Origin: a virus | DNA length: 45,382 nucleotides | Reading direction: 5' to 3' (one strand) | Virus record (IMG/VR): IMGVR_UViG_3300029515_000010 | Location: 1-45,382 of that record | Part shown: positions 7,265 to 14,642 of the stretch, one piece after another | Layout: the number at the start of each line of letters is the position of its first letter | How positions within the stretch are numbered: position 1 is the stretch's first letter | The notes under the pieces: model-generated | Told to the model about the DNA's origin: nothing | Database searches by the model: none | The model's input: only the letters and a program-made list of their open reading frames with translations | Translations under genes and position numbers: made by a program

Positions 7265-8041
7265 ATGGATGGAAATTTAACAGCATCAGACGTTGCTCTT
7301 TTGACCGGGAACAACAGGAATGATGGAATGTTTGGCGGAGATGGCGCATGGTGGCTTATCGTGCTTTTCTTGTTCGCATTTTGCGGATGGGGAAACAACG
7401 GCTGGGGCAATAATGGCAACGGCGGCGGATACGCAGCCACAGCAGCTACTCAGGCAGACATTCAGAGAGGATTCGACAATTCCGCTGTAATTAGCAAACT
7501 TGACGGAATCAACAACGGCCTCTGCGATGGATTCTATGCAGTGAACAACGGTATGCTTACCGGATTTAACGGAATCAACACGAACATCATGCAGACTGGT
7601 TTTGGCATTCAGCAGGCTATTAATGCTGACACCGTAGCTAATATGCAGAATACAAACGCATTGCAGTCTCAGTTAGCTCAGTGTTGCTGCGACAACAGAG
7701 CGGGACAGGCACAGATCAGATACGATATGGCCACTAACGCTTGTGCAATCCAGAACACCATGAACAGCAACACAAGAGACATTATTGACAGCCAGAACGC
7801 AGGAACAAGGGCGATTCTTGATTACCTGTGTAACGAGAAGATTTCTTCCTTACAGGCTGAAAACAATGATCTCAGACGTGCCGCTTCTCAGGATCGCCAG
7901 TCTGCACTTCTCACAACTGCAATGGCTTCACAGACACAGCAGCTCATTAATGCGATTAATCCGGCGCCGATTCCGGCATATCAGGTTCCTAATCCGAACA
8001 CATATTACGGATGCGGATGCAACACTGGATGTAATTGCTGA
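7265..8041 (+). CDS. Single-pass membrane protein P3, Asn/Gln-rich with a Cys-rich C-terminus
   Basis: 258 aa. FGGDGAWWLIVLFLFAFCGWGNNGWGNNGNGGG resembles YjcZ-type tiny sporulation proteins, from memory. It has 36 Asn by hand count, a CCC triplet, and ends YYGCGCNTGCNC. AAAGGAG RBS. Confidence 0.65.
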   Translation: MDGNLTASDVALLTGNNRNDGMFGGDGAWWLIVLFLFAFCGWGNNGWGNNGNGGGYAATAATQADIQRGFDNSAVISKLDGINNGLCDGFYAVNNGMLTGFNGINTNIMQTGFGIQQAINADTVANMQNTNALQSQLAQCCCDNRAGQAQIRYDMATNACAIQNTMNSNTRDIIDSQNAGTRAILDYLCNEKISSLQAENNDLRRAASQDRQSALLTTAMASQTQQLINAINPAPIPAYQVPNPNTYYGCGCNTGCNC

Positions 8042-8104
8042 TAACTTCATATTGAGAGTATCTTTCGATTGATTCGGATGTCGGCTTATGCCGTATTACA
8101 CAGA

Positions 8105-8130
8105 GGGGCAGGCTGAGACCTGTCCTTTTG
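8105..8130 (+). terminator. Rho-independent terminator or attenuator between P3 and P4
   Basis: GGGCAGG (8106-8112) pairs with CCTGTCC (8119-8125), including one G:U pair, then TTTTG. Confidence 0.5.
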
Positions 8131-8151
8131 TGATATGAAAGGAGCATTTTT

Positions 8152-8574
8152 ATGGCAGAATTTACAAATGTAGCTGCTCAGACCGTAGCAGCAAAAGGGA
8201 ATGTAGTATTTTCAAACACAGCAGTTAAAGGCTCTAACTGCATTCAGCACAGAGAGGGAAGTGGAATCATCACGCTGAGAGGACTTACTAACCAGTGCAA
8301 GGCTAGATTTTTCGTGGACTTCTCTGGCAATATCGCGATTCCAGCAGGCGGTACAGTTGAAGCTATCTCTTTGGCAATTGCAATCTCTGGAGAACCAGTA
8401 TTATCTTCTCAGATGATTTCCACACCGGCAGCAGTAGATCAGTATAATAATGTGTCTTCCGGAATTTACGTGGATGTACCTCGTGGATGTTGCGTTAATA
8501 TCGCAGTAGAGAACACAAGCGATCAGGCTATTTCTGTTGCGAATGCAAACATTGTTGTGACCAGAGAAGCGTAG
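8152..8574 (+). CDS. Beta-rich protein P4, possibly a C1q/TNF-like jelly roll as in exosporium BclA/BxpB C-terminal domains
   Basis: 140 aa with no TM and a CC pair. The alternating pattern IITLRG...RFFVDFSGNIAIPAGG...VSSGIYVDVPRGCCVNIAV...ANIVVTR gives only a weak resemblance, from memory. Confidence 0.55.
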   Translation: MAEFTNVAAQTVAAKGNVVFSNTAVKGSNCIQHREGSGIITLRGLTNQCKARFFVDFSGNIAIPAGGTVEAISLAIAISGEPVLSSQMISTPAAVDQYNNVSSGIYVDVPRGCCVNIAVENTSDQAISVANANIVVTREA

Positions 8575-8585
8575 GAGGTGTGATT

Positions 8586-9143
8586 ATGAGAGATATTAAA
8601 GACTTATGCGCAAGAATCGAAGATGAACTTTCCAAAATCGCTGATAATGGACTGACCACTGGAAATCTGGAAATGACATATAAGTTGATTGATATGTATA
8701 AAGATATCAAGAATACGCAGTACTGGGACAAGAAAGTGGAATATTACAACACTGTTCTTGATGAGATGCGTGGTGGCGGATACAATGACGATTACAGCGA
8801 ACGCGGAAGAAAGCGTGATAGCATGGGGAGATACAGCTCAAATGATGGCAGAATGATGCCGGATTACGACCGGGGCAATTCTTATGCCAGACGTGGCGAG
8901 CATTATGTCAGAGGGCATTACAGTCGTTCTGATGGACGAGACGCTTACGATGACTATATGACGCAGAAGCAAAGCTATCGTTCCGGTAAGTCCGAGGACT
9001 GCAAAAGGAAGATGCTTGCCGCTCTGGAAGAACATCTGGATGAACTCACAACAGAAATGAGCGATATGTCTAAAGATGCGGAGTGCCGGGAGGAACGCGA
9101 TCTTGTCAAGAGATATGTAGAAAAACTCCGGGATATGCTTTAA
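8586..9143 (+). CDS. Protein P5 with a central Arg/Ser/Tyr/Asp/Gly low-complexity region, function unknown
   Basis: 185 aa from ATG 8586 (GGAGG 7 nt upstream). Helical ends flank RGRKRDSMGRYSSNDGRMMPDYDRGNSYARRGEHYVRGHYSRSDGRDAYDDY. Confidence 0.6.
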   Translation: MRDIKDLCARIEDELSKIADNGLTTGNLEMTYKLIDMYKDIKNTQYWDKKVEYYNTVLDEMRGGGYNDDYSERGRKRDSMGRYSSNDGRMMPDYDRGNSYARRGEHYVRGHYSRSDGRDAYDDYMTQKQSYRSGKSEDCKRKMLAALEEHLDELTTEMSDMSKDAECREERDLVKRYVEKLRDML

Positions 9144-9149
9144 AAACAC

Positions 9150-9190
9150 AAAAAGTGGTAGAGAGGTAGTTAAAAGAAATCTGTTATAAT
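9150..9190 (+). promoter_or_regulatory. Candidate late promoter: shared box AAAAGTGGTAGAGAG plus extended -10 TGTTATAAT
   Basis: The box at 9151-9165 is identical to 44123-44137. TGTTATAAT lies at 9182-9190. A small hairpin (TTGTGC 9195-9200 / GCACAA 9209-9214) and a T-rich tract follow. Confidence 0.45.
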
Positions 9191-9263
9191 GTAATTGTGC
9201 AGCAGGAAGCACAACGGTTGTTTTAACATTTTCGTTTTATCCTCCTTTCTTAAAGTAGCTGGT

Positions 9264-9314
9264 ACACACGCTTTAGCGGAAAGTTTTAAACAGGTTCGAA
9301 TCCTGTCGTGTGTA
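9264..9314 (+). ncRNA. tRNA-like minihelix with an acceptor stem and T-arm but no anticodon arm. It may be a degenerate tRNA or a small RNA.
   Basis: ACACACG (9264-9270) pairs with CGUGUGU (9307-9313). The T-arm is ACAGG-UUCGAAU-CCUGU (9290-9306). Only 19 nt lie between the acceptor stem and the T-arm. Confidence 0.4.
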
Positions 9315-9348
9315 TTTGCCGTCTGGCATGCAAGATGGCTCACCTCCT

Positions 9349-9380
9349 TGAATAAAGTTTTTATTCACGTTTTTCTTTTG
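9349..9380 (+). terminator. AT-rich hairpin plus T-run (weak terminator candidate)
   Basis: TGAATAAA (9349-9356) pairs with TTTATTCA (9360-9367), then CGTTTTTCTTTT. Confidence 0.35.
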
Positions 9381-9457
9381 AAAAGAAAGAGCATTCGAAA
9401 CAACTCGTGGCAGGCATAACACGTTAAATACCTTGCTAACCCGGGAATCCGGGTTAA

Positions 9458-9530
9458 TGGAATATAGCTCAGTTGGTAGAGCATCTGACTGTTAATCAGA
9501 GTGTCACAGGTTCGATTCCTGTTATTCCAG
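9458..9530 (+). tRNA. tRNA-Asn (anticodon GUU)
   Basis: Hand-folded cloverleaf. Acceptor UGGAAUA/UAUUCCA. D-arm GCUC-AGUUGGUA-GAGC. Anticodon stem UCUGA/UCAGA with loop CUGUUAA (GUU at 9491-9493). T-arm ACAGG-UUCGAUU-CCUGU. Discriminator G. CCA is not encoded. Confidence 0.85.
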
Positions 9531-9607
9531 TTACCCTGCCAGTGGTCTAACTGGCTTAATCCATTTACCTGCGGCGGCAGGTCAATAAACACGACCAGGA
9601 GGATGTT

Positions 9608-10240
9608 ATGCAGAAACTTATTGACACATTAAAATCATTTGGAATTGAAATCCCGGAGGATAAGCAGGCAGATGTTAAAAAGGCACTCTCTGAGCATTAT
9701 AAGAATGCTAAGGAAGTTGCAAAAACCCTGTCGAAAGTCGAGGGAGAACGTGATAACTGGAAAGAACGTGCTGAGACAGCAGAAGAAACCTTAAAAGGGT
9801 TTGACGGTATCGATCCGGCGAACATTCAGACAGAGCTTGCTGAATGGAAGAAAAAAGCCGAGGATGCAGAAAAAGAGTTTAATGCAAAAATCTACGACCG
9901 TGATTTTTCAGATGCACTCAAAGCGGCACTCGATGATGTTAAGTTTTCCAGTGAAGCAGCTAAGAAGTCTGTTATGGCAGACATCAAGGAAGCAGGTCTT
10001 AAGCTGAAAGATGGTAAAATCCTTGGGCTGAACGACCTGATTGAACAGATGAAACAGTCTGACGCATCCGCTTTTGTGGATGAATCTCAGCAGCAGGCTC
10101 AGCAGAACCAGGCAAGATTTACCACTCGCGTTGGACAGCAGCAGACACCAGGAAGTATGACTAAGAAAGATATTGAAGCGATCAAAGACTCGTCCGAGAG
10201 ACAGGCTGCAATTGCTCAGAATATCCAGTTATTCCAGTGA
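9608..10240 (+). CDS. Capsid scaffolding protein
   Basis: 210 aa, highly charged and helical (KERAETAEETLK..., Q-rich tail), immediately upstream of the major capsid gene. AGGAGG RBS. Confidence 0.75.
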   Translation: MQKLIDTLKSFGIEIPEDKQADVKKALSEHYKNAKEVAKTLSKVEGERDNWKERAETAEETLKGFDGIDPANIQTELAEWKKKAEDAEKEFNAKIYDRDFSDALKAALDDVKFSSEAAKKSVMADIKEAGLKLKDGKILGLNDLIEQMKQSDASAFVDESQQQAQQNQARFTTRVGQQQTPGSMTKKDIEAIKDSSERQAAIAQNIQLFQ

Positions 10241-10318
10241 TTTTTTACACCGACTATACGCCAGAGTATAGCCGCTAACTCAATACCTTAACAATTATGG
10301 GTAGAAAGGATTTTTTAT

Positions 10319-11488
10319 ATGGCAGCAAAAGCTAATCTTATTATGACAAATGATATCCAGGTCACAGCACGTGAGATTGACTTCGTCACCAGATTTGAAA
10401 GAAACTGGCAGCACTTACGTGATATTCTGGGCATCATGAGACCTATCAAAAAACAGCCGGGTGCTGTACTCAAGTCCAAATACGCAGAGGGTACTTTGCA
10501 GAGCGGAAATGTTGGTGAGGGTGAGGAAATCCCTTACAGCAAGTTTACTGTAAAAGAAAAGACCTATGTGGAAATGACTATTGAAAAGTACGCAAAGGCT
10601 GTATCTATCGAAGCAATCAAGGATCACGGTTATGAGAACGCTGTTCAGATGACTGATGATGAATTCCTTTTCCAGCTTCAGACTGACGTTACCGGCAGAT
10701 TCTATGATTATCTGAAAACTGGTACGCTTACTTCCACAGAAACAACATTCCAGATGGCTCTGGCAATGGCTAAGGGTCGTGTTGAGAATAAATTCAAGCA
10801 GATGCACAGAAATGTGACTGGCGTCGCTGGATTTGTGAACATTCTGGACGTATATGAATATCTTGGCGCAGCTGAAATCACTATTCAGAACCAGTTCGGA
10901 TTCCAGTATATGAAGGACTTTATGGGATTCAACACAATCTTTTTACTGTCTGACAGCGAAATCCCGAGAGGACAGGTTATCGCCACCCCTGTCGAGAACA
11001 TCGTTATGTACTATGTTGACCCGAACGAATCTGACTTTGCGAGAGCTGGTCTTGTATACACTGTATCCGGCGAAACAAATCTGATCGGATTCCATACACA
11101 GGGCAACTACCACACAGCAGTGTCTGAAGCGTTTGCAGTAATGGGACTTACTCTTTTTGCGGAGTACATTGATGCAATCGCAGTAATCACCATTGATGAG
11201 ACGCCAACACTTGGCACTCTGACAGTAAATTCCGTGGCTGGAACAGCAAGTGGCGATACAAAAATCACTGTAAATCCGGCTAAAGAAAATACCAACAACG
11301 TATATAAATACAAAGTTGCAACAGACGCAGTAACTGTTGGATATGGACAGAATCTCAGAAACTGGACTACATGGGACGGAAAAGCTGATATTAAGGCAGC
11401 AACCGGACAGAAGATTACAGTGGTTGAGTGCGATGGAACATACAAGGCACTGAACGCCGGAAGTGCAAGCGTAACAGCGAAATCATAA
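10319..11488 (+). CDS. Major capsid protein with a C-terminal Ig-like domain
   Basis: 389 aa after the scaffold gene. The last ~95 aa (TLTVNSVAGTASGDTKITVNPAKE...KITVVECDGTYKALNAGSASVTA) look like a Big_2-type Ig fold. Confidence 0.8.
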   Translation: MAAKANLIMTNDIQVTAREIDFVTRFERNWQHLRDILGIMRPIKKQPGAVLKSKYAEGTLQSGNVGEGEEIPYSKFTVKEKTYVEMTIEKYAKAVSIEAIKDHGYENAVQMTDDEFLFQLQTDVTGRFYDYLKTGTLTSTETTFQMALAMAKGRVENKFKQMHRNVTGVAGFVNILDVYEYLGAAEITIQNQFGFQYMKDFMGFNTIFLLSDSEIPRGQVIATPVENIVMYYVDPNESDFARAGLVYTVSGETNLIGFHTQGNYHTAVSEAFAVMGLTLFAEYIDAIAVITIDETPTLGTLTVNSVAGTASGDTKITVNPAKENTNNVYKYKVATDAVTVGYGQNLRNWTTWDGKADIKAATGQKITVVECDGTYKALNAGSASVTAKS

Positions 11489-11506
11489 ATGTAGGAGGTA
11501 ACTGGC

Positions 11507-12004
11507 ATGGCTTATGCAGATTATGAATTTTACACAACTTCATATTTCGGTTCAGTTGTGCCAGAAGCCGACTTCCCACGACTGGCGGAAAGAGCCAGTG
11601 ATTTCGTGGACACAATGACATTTGACAGGTTGGTGGACGGACTGCCGACAAACGAACGCTCACAGAAGCGTATCAAAAAGGCGGTCTGTTCATTGGCTGA
11701 ATTAATGTATCAGATTGAGCTTGCTGAAAAGAATGCTACTAATGCCGCTGTGAGTGGTACATCAACCACAATCGGGTCCGGTGGTAGCACTACAGGCATT
11801 GTAACCTCTGTATCTTCCGGCAGTGAATCCATTTCCTACGCCACGCCTCAGCAGATTGGAGCGAGTGCAAAGGAATGGAGTGCAGTATACAGTGTTGCTG
11901 GAGATGTGCAGAAAACAAATGATTTACTTCTTAAGACAGCTTTACCGCTGTTGATGGGAGTGAGGACGGATGATGGGATACCGATTCTATATGCGGGGGT
12001 GTGA
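11507..12004 (+). CDS. Head-tail connector / adaptor (gp6-like)
   Basis: 165 aa. The N-terminus MAYADYEFYTTSYFGSVVPEADFPRLAERASDFVD is typical of phage head-tail adaptors. It sits right after the capsid gene. Confidence 0.65.
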   Translation: MAYADYEFYTTSYFGSVVPEADFPRLAERASDFVDTMTFDRLVDGLPTNERSQKRIKKAVCSLAELMYQIELAEKNATNAAVSGTSTTIGSGGSTTGIVTSVSSGSESISYATPQQIGASAKEWSAVYSVAGDVQKTNDLLLKTALPLLMGVRTDDGIPILYAGV

Positions 12005-12006
12005 AT

Positions 12007-12234
12007 ATGAAATGCAGACAATGCGGGAAAGAACTTAAACCACATTGGAGTACAGATATTTGTCTTGAGTGCTCAAGAGAAAATATGAAAAAGATATTTA
12101 GAGAAAACCCCGAAGTGAAACAGGCATTCCGTGAAACTATTGAAGAACTTAAAAAGCCTGAAAACATTGCGAAAATGGCTAAAAATACTGCCGGTTTTAT
12201 GAGTGCTATTCAGGCATTAAGGAGTGATAAATAA
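12007..12234 (+). CDS. Small zinc-ribbon protein
   Basis: 75 aa from ATG 12007, with CRQCG ... CLEC. GTG 12001 is an alternative start. Confidence 0.5.
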   Translation: MKCRQCGKELKPHWSTDICLECSRENMKKIFRENPEVKQAFRETIEELKKPENIAKMAKNTAGFMSAIQALRSDK

Positions 12235-12503
12235 TGGACATTTCAACATTAGGCTCATGCGTAGCAATCGTGATGATCTGTTACATCGTAGGAATGGGCT
12301 GTAAAGCATCAAAAAGGATATCTGATGAATGGATTCCGGTAACCATGGCGATTACTGGTGGGATTCTCGGAGCGGTCGGAATGGGAATTATCCCGGATTT
12401 CCCGGCAACAGACTATATCACGGCGGTTGCAGTCGGTATGTTTAACGGATTGTCGGCCACTGGTGTGAATCAGATTATTAAGCAGACAGTGCAGAAAGAA
12501 TAA
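12234..12503 (+). CDS. Holin (Hol44 / Phage_holin_5_2-like)
   Basis: 89 aa with hydrophobic helices. WIPVTMAITGGILGAVG...AVAVGMFNGLSATGVNQIIKQ matches the remembered family signature. Confidence 0.65.
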   Translation: MDISTLGSCVAIVMICYIVGMGCKASKRISDEWIPVTMAITGGILGAVGMGIIPDFPATDYITAVAVGMFNGLSATGVNQIIKQTVQKE

Positions 12504-12565
12504 TTAAGGAGGCGCATGTCGCGAGACAGTAGTAAGTCCTTTTCTTAAAAGGAGATGGATTTATT

Positions 12566-13192
12566 ATGCCAAGACCAACAAGAAATTTAACAAATCAAAG
12601 ATTTGGAAGACTTATAGCCATTGAGAAAGTTAATAAAACAGGACAATCTCAGTGGCTTTGTAAATGCGATTGTGGAAATAAAGTAATTGTAGCTTCAAAT
12701 AATCTGATTCGCAAGAATACACTTAGTTGCGGCTGCTATCAAAAAGATAGAGTGTCGGAAGCTAAGAAAATTCATGGAGATAGAAACACACGCTTATACA
12801 CTATATGGGTAGATATGCGCAGACGCTGTTCCTATATTGGAGATCCATCTTACAAAAACTATGGTGGCAGGGACATTTCTGTTTGTGAAGAATGGGAAAA
12901 GTCATTCCTTAATTTTAAGGAATGGGCATTAGGAAATGGATATGCTGAAAATCTTACTATAGATAGAGTAAACGTGGATAAAAATTATTGTCCTGAAAAT
13001 TGTAGATGGGCAACTTTGAAACAGCAAGCCAACAATAAAAGAGACAATGTTTACGTTACTGTAAATGGGGAAACGCATACATTAACAGAATGGAGTGAAA
13101 TAACCGGGATTTCCTATAACACTATAATCAAGAGAAGATATCGCGGTTGGAGCGATGTGGACGCAGTTTCAACTCCCGTAAATGTGAGGTGA
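12566..13192 (+). CDS. HNH-type homing-endonuclease-like protein (free-standing insertion)
   Basis: 208 aa. N-terminal Cys cluster WLCKCDCG...SCGC, then YKNYGGR and LTIDRVNVDKNYCPENCRWATLKQQANNKR. Confidence 0.65.
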   Translation: MPRPTRNLTNQRFGRLIAIEKVNKTGQSQWLCKCDCGNKVIVASNNLIRKNTLSCGCYQKDRVSEAKKIHGDRNTRLYTIWVDMRRRCSYIGDPSYKNYGGRDISVCEEWEKSFLNFKEWALGNGYAENLTIDRVNVDKNYCPENCRWATLKQQANNKRDNVYVTVNGETHTLTEWSEITGISYNTIIKRRYRGWSDVDAVSTPVNVR

Positions 13193-13659
13193 GATATATT
13201 TATAGCAAAATTATAACACTATTCAACTATTACGAATCAGCCACAACAGGAGATGCGTACTGGTATCCTCATGTTTTATCCGGCGTTGACCTCATTACCG
13301 ACAAAGGAGCAATCCTTAAAAAATACGGACCAGACGCAACAGACAACGCACAGTTACATATCCATTATACTGTCCAGAACGGCGATATAACCATTGCTGA
13401 TAAGGATGGCAAGATTCTCCCATATATACCGCCTAAGGAGTGGGAAAGACAGATTAACAACGCTCTGGAAGACACTATCACATTCTCAGATGAATCGTTC
13501 TTCTGGGAGGGTGAGTGGACTGGTGGAACAGTCACTGAAAGTGATTACCGAAATGGATTCTATCAGTACATGAATGAGAATAAGGATAACGTGTTTAAGA
13601 TTACCAGTGTTGGTGGTCCATATACACTGATTCCGCATTTTGAAATTTTGGGTAAGTAA
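13189..13659 (+). CDS. Head-tail joining / head-closure-type protein (start uncertain)
   Basis: The frame is open from 13147. GTG 13189 overlaps the HNH stop (GTGA). Alternatively ATT 13198 lies 6 nt after GAGGTG. Its position is between the connector and Minor_capsid_1-like genes. Confidence 0.5.
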   Translation: MRYIYSKIITLFNYYESATTGDAYWYPHVLSGVDLITDKGAILKKYGPDATDNAQLHIHYTVQNGDITIADKDGKILPYIPPKEWERQINNALEDTITFSDESFFWEGEWTGGTVTESDYRNGFYQYMNENKDNVFKITSVGGPYTLIPHFEILGK

Positions 13660-13660
13660 T

Positions 13661-14152
13661 ATGAGTAAAATTCATCATTTCAAAGGATTCTCCATAGTTG
13701 ATGGAGATATGAAAATCAAACTGAATATGGATAGATTCTCCAGACAGTATCAAGAAGCCCAGTATCTCCTTGATGGAATGGTTATGGACAGTATGGTTCC
13801 GTTCATGCCGATGATTACAGGGGACTTTATCAACCGAACAAGAGTTGAGAGTACATCCTTGCAAGGAACTGGGAAAGTATGCGCAGCGGCGGCACCTTAT
13901 GGACGTTTTTTGTATGAGGGAAAAGGAATGGTTGACGAAGCAACTGGAAGTCCCTACGCAAGACGTGGAGCAAAGAAAGTTCTTGTCAGTCAGTTCTCTG
14001 GTCGGACAGCTGCAAAGGAGAATCTTGAATACACCAGACAGGCTCACCCACAGGCACAAGCAAAATGGTTTGATGCCGCTAAACGACAATACGGAAACAC
14101 ATGGATTCGTAAAGTAAAAGCACAGGCAGGAGGTGGCAGACATGGCGGATAA
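13661..14152 (+). CDS. Minor capsid / head-tail joining protein (Minor_capsid_1-like)
   Basis: 163 aa from ATG 13661. PYGRFLYEGKGMVDEATGSPYARRGAKK...AKWFDAAK resembles the family, from memory. Confidence 0.6.
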   Translation: MSKIHHFKGFSIVDGDMKIKLNMDRFSRQYQEAQYLLDGMVMDSMVPFMPMITGDFINRTRVESTSLQGTGKVCAAAAPYGRFLYEGKGMVDEATGSPYARRGAKKVLVSQFSGRTAAKENLEYTRQAHPQAQAKWFDAAKRQYGNTWIRKVKAQAGGGRHGG

Positions 14153-14642
14153 GCCTATTGGAAAAGATGCAACTGGATATGAGATTCTGACAGATGCCAT
14201 GAAAGTACTTCTGAACCAGTATCCAGGACTATATGAAAATGAAACAATCAAATTTGAGGAACTCGGCAAAGAATCCGGAATTGCGTTCTCAGCAGATAAC
14301 GGAGCTTTAATCTATTCGGAAAAGGAAGATATATGCGGAACAATGCATCAGATATGCCAGTATCCATTTTATGTGGTTTACCGCACAGCATCCGATAAGG
14401 AACGGCAGAAACTATCTGTTCAGAAGTTCCTTGACAATCTCGGTAAATGGATATGCCGAGAGCCAGTTATTATAAATGGCTCTGAGACACGCTTAAATGC
14501 GTTTCCCGAGCTTTCACAGGGACGAGTGATAAAACGCATTACTCGCGATAACTCCTATAGTTTAGAGCCACAGGAGAGTGGCGTACAGGATTGGTTATTG
14601 CCATTGTCAGTACGCTACGAAAACACTTATGAAGTAATATAA
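14142..14642 (+). CDS. Tail-completion / minor capsid-type protein
   Basis: 166 aa from ATG 14142 (AGGAGGTGG 6 nt upstream). It is the last gene before the major tail protein. Confidence 0.5.
   Translation: MADKPIGKDATGYEILTDAMKVLLNQYPGLYENETIKFEELGKESGIAFSADNGALIYSEKEDICGTMHQICQYPFYVVYRTASDKERQKLSVQKFLDNLGKWICREPVIINGSETRLNAFPELSQGRVIKRITRDNSYSLEPQESGVQDWLLPLSVRYENTYEVI

Noticed and set aside
9195-9345. Short reverse-strand peptides after GGAGG motifs (revcomp of 9241-9249 and 9342-9350) in the tRNA-like region.
   Set aside because: They encode only 15-19 codons with long or poor spacing. The region is better explained as RNA-coding or regulatory.
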